This document shows positions 37,559 to 50,958 of a DNA stretch of 64,000 nt, piece after piece. Both the position numbers and the translations under genes were made by a program. Source of the DNA: Mobula hypostoma (taxonomy: Eukaryota). The notes under the pieces were generated by a model. It made no database searches. It saw only the letters and a program-made list of their open reading frames with translations, and had not been told where the DNA came from. The stretch lies in the NCBI RefSeq assembly GCF_963921235.1, contig NC_086107.1, positions 111,292,001 to 111,356,000 of the forward strand, written 5' to 3'. Position 1 is the first letter of the stretch, and every line of letters starts with the position of its first letter.

Positions 37559-37979
37559 CAAGCCTATTCTGGATCCAAAGGACCAATCCATTGTGGATTC
37601 CATGCACCTTTATCTTCTGGATGAGCCACCCATGAGGGGCTTTGACAACGCCTTACTAAAATCCATGTAGACAACCATCTGCATCTTTTCACCTTCAATC
37701 ACCTTCGTCATCTCGAAAAGCTCAATTTAGTGAGACATGACGTGTCCTGAACAAAGCCATGCTAACTGTCCCTAATTGGGTTCTGGGACCTCACCTGTGC
37801 CTGCAGAGGGCATGAAGATATTGGTCAAGACCCCAGCAATCTCATGTCCTTCCTCTGTCAATAACCTGGGGTATATCTATCATCCCCTGGGGACTTATCC
37901 ACCTTAAGTAGATTATCCTCTCAGAAGTCTGGAGAGGAGGGAACTTCAATCAGGTCCACTGCCCAAGGATAAAAGGCAG

Positions 37980-40900
37980 GAGCGGTTCGCAGTAACGTAA
38001 TAGAGCTTTGACCAGCAGCCAATCGGCATTTGGGATTAATTGGTAAGAACAAATTAAAGGAAGGCAGGGGTAAGTGCAGTGGCCATCATTGCAATGGCCG
38101 TCGTCTGGGTGGACATGGTCAGAGTGGTGATCTTAAGGCTTTAGGTCTTCGGGGCTTAGCAAAGCTTAAGAGTTTTTCCTTCTCTTCTAGGTAGAGGTGA
38201 CGGGCAGGATAGCGCGATGCTCCTTATGTGGGATGTAGGAAGGCAGGGAGACCTCCAGTATCCCTGTCCACTACAACTGCCAGAAGTGCATCCAGCTGCA
38301 GCTTCTAACAAACTGCGTTAAGGAGGTGGATCTGGAGCTGGATGAATACCAGATCATTCGGGAGGCTGAAGGAGTGATAGGTGGGACATATATAGTCGCA
38401 CCCGAGGTGCAGGACACAGAAAACTGGGTGACAGTCAGGAAGGGAAAAGGGGTTAAAGGAGCCAGTGCAGAGTACCCCCGTGGCCATCCCTTCAACAACA
38501 GGTATATCACTTTGGGTCCTGTTTGGGGTCGGGGAGTGGTTTACCTAGCAGAGGAAAGTCACAGTAGTCAAGTCTCTGGCACAAAGTCTGCCTCTGTGAC
38601 TCAGACAGGATGGAAACCAGAGGTCCAGAACAGTTAGTGAAGAGGTTATGGAGGCAGATGTTGGTAAAACCTCAGATAAAGTTAAGAATCAAAAGGTTGA
38701 GCATGGTGCGACAACATCGAAAAGGGTGAATACAGGACTGAAGGTGTACAGGAATACAGGCACGGTTGTAGTTTGGCAGGTATGATGTTGTAGGCATCAC
38801 AAGATCATGGCTGAGAGATTTTAGCTGGGAGCTTAATGTCCAAGGATACATATTATATCAAAAGGACAGGCAGGAAGGCAGAGGGGTGGCGTTGCTTTGT
38901 TGGTAAAAAATGAAATCAAATCATTAGAGAGAGATGACATAGGGTCAGAAGGTGTTGAATCATTGTGGATAGATCTTAAGGAACTGCAAGGGTAAAAAAA
39001 ACCCTGATGGGAGTTGTATATGGACCCTAAAACAGAAGTAAGAATGCTGCCTACAAATTACAAAGGGAGATAGAAAATGCATACCAAAAGGGCAATATTA
39101 CAAAAGCCATGGGAGGGACTTAAGTATGCAGGTAGATTGGGAAAATCAGGTTGGTGCTGGATTACAGGAGAGGAATATTTCCAGAGTGCCTACGAGATGG
39201 CTTTCTAGAGCAGCTCATGGTTGAGTCCACTCGAGGATCAGCTATTCTGGATTGGGCGTTGTGCAATGAAGCAGAATTGATTAGAAAGTTTAAGGTAAAA
39301 GAACCCTTAGGGGAAAGTGATCATACTATGATCAAATTCACCCTGAAATTTGAGAAGGAGAAGCTAAAGTAAGATGTATCAGTATTACAGTGGAGTAAAG
39401 GGAATTGCAGAGGCATGAGAGAGGAGTTGGCCAGGATTGATTGGAAAAGACACTGGCAGGGAAGATGGCAGAACAGTAATAGGTGGAATTTCTGCAAGCA
39501 ATTTGGAAGGCACAGGATATATACATCCTAAGTAGGAAGAAGTATTCTAAAGAAAAAGATGACACAACCATGGCTAACAAGAGAAGTCAAAGCCAACATT
39601 AAAGCCTAAGACAGGGCATATAATAGAGAAAAGATTAGTGGGAAGTTAGAGGATTGGAAAGCTTTTAAAAACCAACTGGAAGCAACTTAAAAAGTCATTA
39701 AGAAGGTAAAGAACAAATACAAAAGTAAGCTAGGCAATAATATTAAAGAGGATACCAAAAGTTTCTTCAGAGAAACAGGAGTGGAAATTAGGCCACTGAA
39801 AAACGATGCTGGAGAGGTAATAATGGGGGCCAACAAAATAGCGTACGAATTGAATAAGTACACATTTTGCATCAATCTTCACTGTGGGACACACTAGCAG
39901 TTTGATGGAAGTTCCAGGTGTCAGGGGTCATGAGGTGTGCGAATTACCATTACTAGAGAGAAGGTTCTTGGGAAACTGATAAATCCGAAGTAGATAAGTT
40001 ACCTGGACTAGATGGTGTATAGCCCAGAGTTCCTAAAGAGGTGGATGAAGAAATTGAGGAGGCATTGGTAATGATCTTTCAAGAAGCACTAGATCCTGTA
40101 ATGGTTCTGGAAGATTGGAAAATTGGAAATGTCATTCCACTCTTCAAGAATAAGGAGAGGCAGAAGAAATGGAACTATAGGCCAATTAGTCTGACCTCTA
40201 TAGTTGGGAAGATGTTGGAGTCGATTACTAAGGATGAGGTCTCAGGCTATTTGGAGGCACATGCTAAAATAGGCCATAGTCAGCTTGGTTTCCTCAAGAG
40301 AAAATCTTGCCTAACAAATCTGTTAGAATTCTTTGGAGAAGTAACAAGCAGAATAGACAAAGGAGAATCAGGAAAACTTGAATTTTCAGAAGGCCTTTGA
40401 CAAGGTGCCACACATGAGGTGGTTTAACAAGCTACAAGCCATTGGTATTACAGGGAAGATTCTAGCATGAATAAAGCAGTGGCTGATTGGCTGGAAGCAA
40501 AAAGTGGGAATAATGGGAAACTTTTCTGGTTGGCTGCTGGTGACTAGTGGTGTTCCACAGTGGTCCGTGTTGGGACCGATTCTTTTTACGTTATGTCAAT
40601 GATTTGGATGATGGAATTGTAGGCTTCGTTGCAAAGCTTGCAGATGATACGAAGACAGGTGGAGGGGCAGGTAGTTTTGAGGAAGTAGAGATGCTACAGA
40701 AGGACTCAGACAGATTAGGAGAATGGGCAAAGAAATGGAAGATGGAATACAGTGTTGGGAAATGTATGTTCATGCACTTTGGTAGAAGAAATGAAAGGGT
40801 TTGTCTATTTTCTAAATGGAGAGAAAATACAAAAAAACTGAGATGCAAAGGGACTTCGGAGTCCTTATGCAGGATTTCCTAAAGGTTAATTTGTAGGTTG

Positions 40901-41563
40901 AATATGTGGTGAGGAAGTTAAATGCGATGTTAGCATTCATTTCAAGAGGACTTGAATATAAAAGCAAGGATGTAATATTGAAACTTTATAACGCACTGGT
41001 GAGGCCTCACTTGGAGTATTCTGAGCAGGTTTGGGTCTCTTATCTTATAAAGTATGTGCTGAAGGTAGAGAGAGTTCAAAGGAGGCTCACGAAAATTACT
41101 CCAGGATTGAATGTCCTGTCATATGAAGAATGTCTTTTGGCTCTGGGCCTGGATTCACTAGAATTCAGAAGAATGAGGGGTGACCTCATTGAAACCTATC
41201 GAATGGTGAAAGGCCTTGATAGAGTGGCTGTGAAGAGGATGGAGTTTCCTATGGTGGGAGAGTCTAAGACCAGAGGACACGGCCTCAGAATAGAGGGGCG
41301 TCCCTTTGGAACGGAGACGCGGAGGAATTTCTTTAGCCAGGGGGCGGTGAATCTGTGGAATTCTTTGCCACAGGCAGCTGCGGAGGCCAAGTCTTTCTGT
41401 ATACTTAAGGCAGAGGTTGATAGATTCTTGACTGGTCAGGGCATGAAGAGATATGGGGAGAGAGCAGGAGACTGGGTTTGAGAGGGAAATTGGATCAGCC
41501 ATGAGAAGACTCGATGTGCCAAATGGCCTAATCCTGTTCATATATCTTATGGTGTTATGGTCT
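37980..41563 (+). pseudogene. Near full-length degraded CR1 LINE (ORF1 zinc-finger/coiled-coil remnant, endonuclease, RT)
   Basis: ORF1-like C..C..NCQKCIQLQLL..ELDEYQIIREAEGVI..WVTVR; endonuclease TRGSAILDWAL..GESDH; RT KLADD; many stops and frameshifts. Confidence 0.85.
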
Positions 41564-44117
41564 TAATGTTCTTTAAAAGACCCCACATTTTCTCCTTCTT
41601 TATTTCAACATGCCCTAGCATATTTGCACGTTCCATACTGATCTCCCTATCCTCCAGATCCTCCTTGGTAAATACCGATGCAAAGTTCTCATTTAGAAAC
41701 ACACCATAACCATTGCCTCCAAGCATCATCTCTCCTTTATCGCTGTGTGGTCCCACTCACTCCCCAGTTATCCTCTTGCCCCGATGTATGTACAGAATGC
41801 CTTGGGATTCTCTTTAAACTTACCTGCTGAGGAACTTTCACGGCCCCTCCTGGCTCTCCTAATTCCCTTTTTAAGTTCCTTTCTGTCTTCTTTATTATCC
41901 TCAAAAGCTCTGCTTTGATGTAAACACTGTTTGTACTGAAGAGCATATGTTTTGAATATATTAAGACCGTAAGACCTTAAGATATTGGAGCAGAATTAGG
42001 CCATTTCTCTTTGACTAATCAAGAACCTATCAACCTCTGCTTTAAATACAGTCAGTGACTTGGCCTCTACAACTGTCTGTGGCAATGAATTCCACAGGTT
42101 CACCTCCCCCTGGCTAAAGAAATTCCTCCTCATCTCTGCCCTTCTACTCTGAGACTGTGCCCTCAGGTCCGAGACTCCCCCACTACAGGAAATATGGAGG
42201 AAAAAGTCTGCATGGAGAAGGTTGTAGGCACAGGGGCCTGCTTGTGTGCTGAACCACACTGTGGCTAAGCTTGCTCAGAACTCTAAAGAGTCTCAAAGAT
42301 TCCCCACCCTCTGTGCAAGAAATTTTTCCTCATCTCAGTCCCGAGTGGTCAACACCTGCTGGTTTCAGATCTTTCAACACGTGGAACCATGGTCTCCCCA
42401 TTCACACTCTTACCTGGTAATAGCACGACACTATCACATGCTGGGGCATCGCAGTTCAGAGTTCAGAGTTCAGCTCCGCATCCCATGATTCCCGTGAGCA
42501 CGTGGGTTTCCTCCCAGGTGCTTCAGTTTCCTCCCACAGTCCAAAGGCGTTCTGGTTAGTACGTTAATTAGTCAGTGTGATTAGGCAGGTTGCAGGGCAG
42601 GGCAGCTCAGTAGGCTGGAAGGGCCTTTTCTTGAGCCGTGTCTCTAAACAAATAAATTATTAAATTACAGAGCTAACCAGTTAGTTTCTGCTGTGTATAT
42701 GGTGATGGAACGGTATTGTGGTGAATAGACCACTTACATCACAGGGCCAGAGTCTTTTGCAAACTGGCTTAGGTATGTTACACCACCTCTACTCTCCAAA
42801 TTAAAGCAAAGATAAAATCTAGTTCTCCTTTAAGGACAGAACTCACTTAAAGTTCATATAAAGGGGGATGATGTGTAGAGAATTTTAAGCATTAAATACT
42901 GAATTTAATTTCTGTGTGAATTGTTAATAGTTCTGGTTGCAATCCCACATCCTGTTTTCTTAACAATCTCTCACCACCCTGTAGGCCGCAGGCTGCGCTT
43001 GTGGCTGGTTAGTTCCAGAACAGAAAAAAGAGTTTTTTTTTCTCTGTGACCTTTTCTAAATAAAATTTTAATTTTATGCTGAATAACTCGGTCACTGTTA
43101 ACTTGTGAGAAGCAGGGCCAGTGAAGAGCAGAGAGCATGGTGGAATCTAAGAGCCTTTCTCCTTGAGATTATTTCTGTCCATTCCACTGTGCAATGATGG
43201 CTGCTTTACTTGGAAAGTCATGCCTTCAAGTCATTGAGCCTGTGGTTTTCCTAGAATCTCATCAAATTAAATAGCAAAGGTCACGGCTGCTAAATTTACA
43301 AGGCACTGACTTTGTGAGTAAAAATATCAGAGTACAAGCTGAACTAGTGAGAACACAAATGATGTTTTCAGAGACTAGGAAAGGAAAATCATCCATTGTC
43401 ATATAAAGCTATACAGTCCAGGAAAGGGTACTTAAGATCTTGTCCATGACAACATTTTTGCCATCTACACTAATCCCTGCACGAGGTCCATATCCTTCCG
43501 TGTCTTGTTTAATTAAATATCTGTCTAAATGCCTTTTAGATGTTCAAAGTTCAAAGTAAATTTATTCTCAAAGTACGTATATGTTAGAATATACTACCCT
43601 GAGCTTCATTTTTTTTGCAGACATTCACAGTAGGACAAAGACATGCAATAGAAGCAACGAAAAACACCGCACAAAGATGGACAAACAACTAATGTGCAAA
43701 AGAAGACGAAGTGAGCCAATGCAAAAGTAAGTAAATAAATATTATTGAGAATGTGAGTCTTAGAGTCCTTGAAAGCAAGTTCATAGGTTGTGGAATCACT
43801 TCAGAGTTGAGGTGAGTTACGTGTAGTTGGGGCAGCAAGGTAGTGCAGAGGTTAGAACAACCCTTTACAGTATCAGTGGCTCGGGTTCAATTCCCACTGT
43901 CGCCCGTAAAGAGTTTGTACGTTCTCCCCCGTGACCGTGTGGGTTTCTTCCAGATGCTCCAGTTTCCTCCCACAGTCCAAAGATGTACCAGTTTGTAGCT
44001 GAGTTGGTCATTGTAAATTGTCCCGTGATTAGGCATGGGTTAAATTGGGGGAAGTGCTGGGCGGCGCAGCTCGAAGGGCCTGTTCCGCGCTGTATGTCAA
44101 TAAATAAATTTTAAAAT

Positions 44118-45080
44118 GTGATGATGATGACAGGTTCTTCACTTGCGAAGATCAGGAGGGAAGAAGAGTCCTCAGGAGCGACGGCACGATCGTTGGTGCC
44201 TGCAGAGGCCAATCCTGGACCTGCAGACTCTGGAGCAGCATGGACACGCAAACACCTGGAATGCAGGCGCTTGGATAGTCGGATCCTTCCTGCGTCTCCT
44301 CTTCCCTTCAGCAATCGCCCTTCTGGATTCCTCAAAATTCCTGGCTGCTCCGTGGATCAGCGGTCTCTGTCACAAGCCAGCTGCTGCCAGTCATTGACCT
44401 GAGAGAGATGCTGCTACTTGCTATTTGTACCTCTTACACGGAACACCACCACCTCTCTTGCCCTGAGAGACAGTTCTCCGCAGAGGACTGCTTTCAGTAA
44501 CCTGGAGTTGTCCATGCGAGACACATGGCCTGAGCACCAAGCTGCTTTCAATGCTTGGAAATTGAGCCTTCTCCAGGATCTCGGTGTTGGAGACACCATC
44601 CTGCCCGCTGATACCCATGATGGGCCGGAGGCAGTCACTGATGGAAGAGCTCCAGGCTTTGGAGCTGTATAGTGGTGTGGTGACAATGGCGGCCCGGTAC
44701 ACCTGGATCTTTGTGGACAGACGCAGCTGGTGCTTCTTCTACACACATTTTCAGAGGTGCCCAAAGGCACTGCTGGCTCTGGTGAGTCGATTGTCAACGT
44801 CCCTTACTACAGGAATGTCATTGGAGGTTTAAAATCTGCGTTTTCCTTCTCCTAGGTGGGCTGCCGTCCAAGGCTGACGAGTCCCACCTGCCTGAAGCAA
44901 CTGGTTATGAGGCGCCAGTGGTCCGCCTTCGTCCCTTCTCTTGTCAGGAGAAACAGTTCCAACGGGCCTAGTAGTTAATCCAATGAGAAGGCCAAGAATT
45001 GGACTCAGTTGTCAGAGGCTGTTAGAGACTCACGCCATTTGAAGCACTCTATAGGTAGTGGGAGCCTATGACAACCTTAG
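44118..45080 (-). mobile_element. Degraded, internally deleted RTE LINE
   Basis: WCSGHVSRMDNSRLLKAVLCGEL and a terminal GLASAG..H-type remnant; (CAT)n tail. Confidence 0.7.
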
Positions 45081-45729
45081 GAACCATATACTACCTTAGC
45101 TTCATAATCTTGCAGGCAAGAACAACAGAACAAAGAAATAGAACAGAATCAATGAAAAACTATGACAAACAACCAATCTGCAAAAGACAACAAACTGTGC
45201 AAATACAAAAAGAAAAAAAAATTAGTGAATAATATTGAGCACATGAGTTTTAGAGTTCTTGAGAGTGAGTCCATAGGTTGTGGAATTAGTTGAGTGTTGA
45301 GGTGAGTGAAGTTATCCACGCTGGTTTAGGAGCCTGATGGTTGAGGGGTGATACCTGTTCCTGAGCCTGGTGGTGTGGGAGCTAAGCCTTAGATCCCACA
45401 CTAGTGAGAAGAGAGCATGGCCTGGATGGTGGAGATCCTTGATAATGGAGGCTCCTGTTGCAGCACATTTTGTAGATGTGTTTCTGTAATGTTTTGCATA
45501 TATAACTCTAGCAACTCCTCAGCCAATGAGTTCTAAATATAACCAATTCTCTGTGTTTAAACAAAATTCCCCTCAAATCCCCTTAGAATTCCACTTTCCA
45601 ACTCTCTGCTCAACTTTCTGAATGATTATATCCTGTTGAAGCCCCAGGCAATCTTTCTCACTATCCACAGCTCAGCCAACTGGTTACTGACTAATCATAC
45701 CTCCTACATTCGCATACACATCATTAGTA

Positions 45730-46000
45730 TACACTCAATGGCCACTGAGTGTATCTCCGTGGTCTTCTGCTGCTGTGGCCCGTCCACTTCCAGGTTCAAC
45801 ATCTTGTGCATTCAGAGATGCTCTTCTGCACACCACTGTTGTAACGTGTGGTTATATGAGTTACTGTCGCCTTCCTGTCAGCTTGAACCAGTCTGGCCAT
45901 TCTCCTCTGACCTCTCTCATTAACGAGGCACTTTTCACCCACAGAACTGCCACTCACAGGATTTTTTTTGCTTTTCACACCATTTCTTGTAAACTCTAGA
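45730..46000 (-). mobile_element. Tc1 derivative fragment
   Basis: KCLVNERGQRRMARLVQADRKATVTHITTRYNSGVQKSISECT. Confidence 0.85.
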
Positions 46001-46002
46001 GA

Positions 46003-46790
46003 TTACATGTAGAGAGTTCCACATGCCTGTTTATAGGATTGATCGTGGAAAACCATGCTTCTAGGAATTAATCTTGCATGCCGTATGCTTGCCTGTGGCA
46101 TCACTTCCACTGATGCCCAGTCAGACTTGTGTCCCTCTCCATCTCCATGGGTAGAGACCAGGGAGAGTTGGTCATGTCACTTTACAGCCAGGTGATGCTC
46201 ATGGATCCTTCTGGATAGTTTTCGCCCAGAATGGCCACCATAACATTTGCTGAAGTCCCCACATTGGATTTTGTAGACCACATTGGTTTTGTCCAATAGC
46301 TTGGTTTGCTCTTTAGGTCTGCAGAGCACTCTCCTCAATATTGCTGTTGGTTTATGCATGACCAAAATTCCATGTTCTTGGAACTAGAATATTTCTAGAA
46401 GCATGGTTCTCGCCAAACAATTCTATAAACCGACACATAGACCTCGATCCCACTTATAAGCCAATGCGGGCAAAATTCCAGACCACGCATAGCGTTTGCC
46501 ATGCAACCAATTAGCAACAAGACCTCTTCCCTACATCACAATTGGGTTTCCATAGTGACAAGCAATCAGCTGATTGATAAGTATATAAAGGAAGACACAC
46601 CACAACTAACATTAAGCTGGGTGCCAACCGCAGTAAAACAAGAAGAAGATGAAGAAGAAGGACTAACAGCGCACTGATGATGTCTCCTCATACATGACAT
46701 AAGCTTTGAAGATGGATTGCAAAGATCGGAGAACAACTCAGGCCAACCTTCAACCACCAGAGCTACATATTTTCCGAGTTATTTCCAATA
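46003..46790. mobile_element. Second Penelope family: GIY-YIG remnant (-, 46003-46380) and oppositely oriented 3' end/pLTR (+, 46381-46790)
   Basis: NVVYKIQC..YGGHSGRKLSRRIHEH; FLEAWFS..INRH occurs on both strands; decayed GCA-CUGAUGA-U-GUC..GAC hammerhead remnant near 46671. Confidence 0.8.
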
Positions 46791-46808
46791 TATGTACTTT
46801 GATAATAA

Positions 46809-47522
46809 GCAACACACATCAAAGTTGCTGGTGAATGCAGCAGGCCAGGCAGCATCTCGAGGAAGAGGTACAGTCGACGTTTCGGGCCGAGACCCTTCGT
46901 CAGGACTAACTGAAGGAAGAGTTAGTAAGAGATTTGAAAGTTGGAGGGGGAGGGGGAGATCCAAAATGATAGGAGAAGACAGGAGGGGGAGGGATGGAGC
47001 CAAGAGCTGAACAGGTGATTGGCAAAGGGGATATGAGAGGATCATGGGACAGGAGGCCTAGGGAGAAAGACAAGCGGGGGGGGGGAACCAGAGGATGGGC
47101 AAGGGGTATATTCAGAGGGACAGAGGGAGAAAAAGGAGAGAGAGAGACAGAATGTGTGTATAAAAATAAATAACGGGTGAGGTACGAGGGGGAGGTGGGG
47201 CATTAGCAGAAGTTAGAGAAGTCGATGTTCATGCCATCAGGTTGGAGGCTACCCAGACGGAATATAAGGTGTTGTTCCTCCAACCTGAGTGTGGCTTCAT
47301 CTTTACAGTAGAGGAGACCGTGGATAGACATGTCAGAATGGGAATGGGTTGTGGAATTAAAATGTGTGGCCACTGGGAGATCCTGCTTTCTCTGGCGAAT
47401 TAATATGTGTGGCCACTGGGAGATCCTGCTTTCTCCGGCGAATTAAAATGTGTGGCCACTGGGAGATCCTAATTAAAATGTTGCTTGAATTTCCAGCATC
47501 TGCAGAATTCCTGTTGTTTGCA
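46809..47522. mobile_element. Young Penelope insertion with an internal inversion
   Basis: 13-bp TSD ACTTTGATAATAA (46796-46808 and 47523-47535). Confidence 0.85.
46871..46908 (-). ncRNA. Minimal type I hammerhead ribozyme motif (best copy)
   Basis: UAGUC-CUGACGA-A-GGGUCUCGGCCC-GAAA-CG-UC-GACUG. Confidence 0.75.
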
Positions 47523-48132
47523 ACTTTGATAATAACTTTACTTTGAACTTTGAACTAATCCAGAAATTTAACTGTGTTACTGCAAGCATATATATTATAT
47601 CATGCACATTGTTTGCAGATTTGCCATACAAACATAAAACCTATGAACTTAGGTAATCAGTACAGAACAGTCCATTTAGTCCGTGATGTTTCTGCAGAGG
47701 TTTTAGACCATAAGACATAGGAGCAGAATTGGTCATTCAGCCTTTCGAATCTGCTCTCGCTTTCCTTTATGGCTGATCCCTCTCAACCCCATTCTCCCGG
47801 GCCTTCTCCCCATAATCTTTGACGCCCTTACTAACCAAGAACCTATCAACCTCTGCCTATAAGACACCGCAAGACTTGGCTTCCACAGCCGTCTGTGAAA
47901 ATGAATTCCACAGATTCACCACCCTCTGGCTAGGATCCTATTTCCTCATCTCTGCTCTAAATGGATGTCCCTCCATTCTGAGGGTATGTACTCTGGTCCT
48001 AGACTTCCTCATTATAGGAAGCATCCTCTCCACATCCACTCTATCTAGACCTTTCAATATCTGATAGGTTTCAATGAGATCCTCCCCCATTCCTCTACTT
48101 CCAGTGAGAACAGGCCCAGATTCATATATGAC

Positions 48133-48555
48133 TCCTCATTCGTAAGGCCAGTGATGTTGTGGGGATGAAACTGGACTCTCTGACGGTGGTGTCTGAAAAG
48201 AGGATGCTGTCCAACCTGCATGCCATCTTGGACAATGTCTCCCATCCACTACATAATGTACTGGGTGGGCACAGGAGTACATTCAGCCCGAGACTCATTC
48301 CACCGAGATGCAACACAGAGCATCATAGGAAGTCATTCCTGCCTGTGGCCATCAAACTTTACAACTCCTCCCTTGGAGGGTCAGACACTCTGAGCCAATA
48401 GGGCTGGTCCTGGACTCATTTCCATCTGGCATAATTTACATATTATTATTTAATTATTTATGGTTTTATATTGCTATATTTATACTCTATTCTTGGTTGG
48501 TGCAACTGTAACGAAACCCAATTTCCCTCGGGATCAATAAAGTGTGTCTATCTAT
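48133..48555 (+). mobile_element. Rex1/Babar LINE 3' fragment
   Basis: Near-identical to 12350-12740. Confidence 0.9.
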
Positions 48556-49840
48556 ATATTAACCCTTTCATTCCTAGGTTCCTTCTCATAAACTTCCTCC
48601 TCTTTTAATCTATTCTAAGATCAATCTAACCCTTCTCTCCCACATGGCCCTCCATTTTTCTTTCATCCAATGTCCCCAATGTATCTGGCTTTACCACGTA
48701 CCCGCCAGTCTCTGTGTAACAGCCCTACACTCTCCTCCAATCATCTTAAAGTTATGCCTTGCTTTATTAGTGATTTTTGTCCTGGGAAAAGGTCTCTAAC
48801 TGCTCACTTGATCTATGCCTCTTATCACCATGTACGCCTCTATCAAGTCACCTCATATCCTCCTTCTCGCCAAACAGTAAAGCCCCAATCTATCCTCATA
48901 AGACATGTTCTATCATCGAGGCAGTATCCAGGTAAATCTACTCTGCACCCTTCCTAAAGCTTCCCCATCCTTCCTATATTAAGGCAACCAGAACAGAACA
49001 CAGTATGCCAAGTGTAGTCTAACCAGGGTTTTACAGAGCTGCAAAGGGCCATGCAACTTGGGTTATATCCGTTTTTGAGACCATGTTTCATTGTCACCGC
49101 AATATTACCTTGCAGTAAAGTTATTTCCCATGGTAAGGGAATCTAGGACAAGAGGGCATGACTTCACGATTGAAGGACATCCATTTAGAACAGAGCTGTG
49201 GAGAAATTATGTTAGGCAGAGGGTGGTAAGTCTGTGGAATTTGTTGCCATGAGCGGCTGTGGAAGCCAAGTTATTGGGTGCATTTAAGGCTGAGATAGAT
49301 AAGCTCTTGATTAGCCAGGGCATCAAAGGGTATGGGGAGAAAGCAGGGGAGTGGGGATGACTGGAAGAATTGGATCAGCCCATGAGTGTTTGGCAATGGC
49401 CTACTTCTGCTCCTGTATCTTATGGTTCCTGAACTCATTCTCCTGACTAATGAAGAACAGCGCACTATACGTCTTAACACTTCATCAGTTTAGCCTAGGA
49501 CCTGAACAGAACACATTAATCCCAAGGGACTTCAACGTCTGTTCAATAGCTGCATGAGTATGGGCTTCTACCTTTTGATATTTACCAGCAGTTCACCCAC
49601 AACTGAGTAGATGTGGTGACAAAGAAACATAGGCACATGAGAAACTCCAGGCTACACAGGGAAGAATCCAAGTTCAAGTTTAATTGTCATTCAACCTTAC
49701 ACTTGAATGCAGCCTTAAAGTAAATATTCAGAAGGAAAATGTTTTCTGGATGGTGTTTGATGCCTCCGGGCCTGCATTAGCTGGAGCTTAGAGGAACGAG
49801 AGGGTGAGGGAGAGTGATCTTATTGAAACCCCTCAGATAT

Positions 49841-50958
49841 AGAACATAGAACATAGAACATAGAATAGTACAGCACAGTACAGGCCCTTCGGCCCACAAT
49901 GTTGTGCCGACACTCAAACCCTGCCTCCCATATGCCCACACCTTAAATTCCTCCATATACCTGTCCAGTAGTCTCTTAAACTTCACTAGTGTATCTGCCT
50001 CCACCACTGACTCAGGCAGTGCATTCCACGCACCAACCACCCTCTGAGTAAAAAACCTTCCTCTAATATCCCCCTTGAACTTCCCACCCCTTACCTTAAA
50101 GCCATGTCCTCTTGTATTGAGCAGTGGTGCCCTGGGGAAGAGGCGCTGGCTATCCACTCTATCTATTCCTCTTATTATCTTGTACACCTCTATCATGTCT
50201 TCTCTCATCCTCCTTCTCTCCAAAGAGTAAAGCCCTAGGTCCCTTAATCGCTGATCATAATGCATACTCTCTAAACCAGGCAGCATCCTGGTAAATCTCC
50301 TCTGTACCCTTTCCAATGCTTCCACATCCTTCCTATAGTGAGGCGACCAGAACTGGGTACAGTACTCCAAGTGTGGCCTAACCAGAGTTTTATAGAGCTG
50401 CATCATTATATCGTGACTCTTAAACTCTATCCCTCGACTTATGAAAGGTAACACCCCATAAGCTTTCTTAACTACCCTATCCACCTGTGAGGCAACTTTC
50501 AGGGATCTGTGGACATGTACCCCCAGATCCCTCTGCTCCTCCACACTACCAAGTATCCTGCCATTTACTTTGTACTCTGCCTTGGAGTTTGTCCTTCCAA
50601 AGTGTACCACCTCACACTTCTCCGGGTTGAACTCCATCTGCCACTTCTCAGCCCACTTCTGCATCCTATCGATGTCTCTCTGCAATCTTCGACAATCCTC
50701 TACACTATCTACAACACTACCAACCTTTGTGTCGTCTGCAAACTTTCCAACCCACCTTTCTACCCCCACATCCTGGTCGTTAATAAAAATCACGAAAAGT
50801 AGAGGTCCCAGAACAGATCCTTGTGGGACACCACTAGTCACAATCCTCCAATCTGAATGTACTCCCTCCACCATGACCCTCTGCCTTCTGCAGGCAAGCC
50901 AATTCTGAATCCACCTGGCCAAACTTCCCTGGATCCCATGCCTTCTGACTTTCTGAAT
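49841..50958 (-). mobile_element. Young CR1 LINE (second subfamily), 5'-truncated, open RT C-terminal ORF, inserted in an older CR1
   Basis: GVPQGSVLGPLLF, KFADD and RPHLEYC motifs; (TTCTATG)n tail. Confidence 0.95.

Noticed and set aside
44900..45080. Another HDV-like ribozyme in the RTE 5' region
   Set aside because: It is too decayed to assign P1, P3 and P1.1 from this copy.
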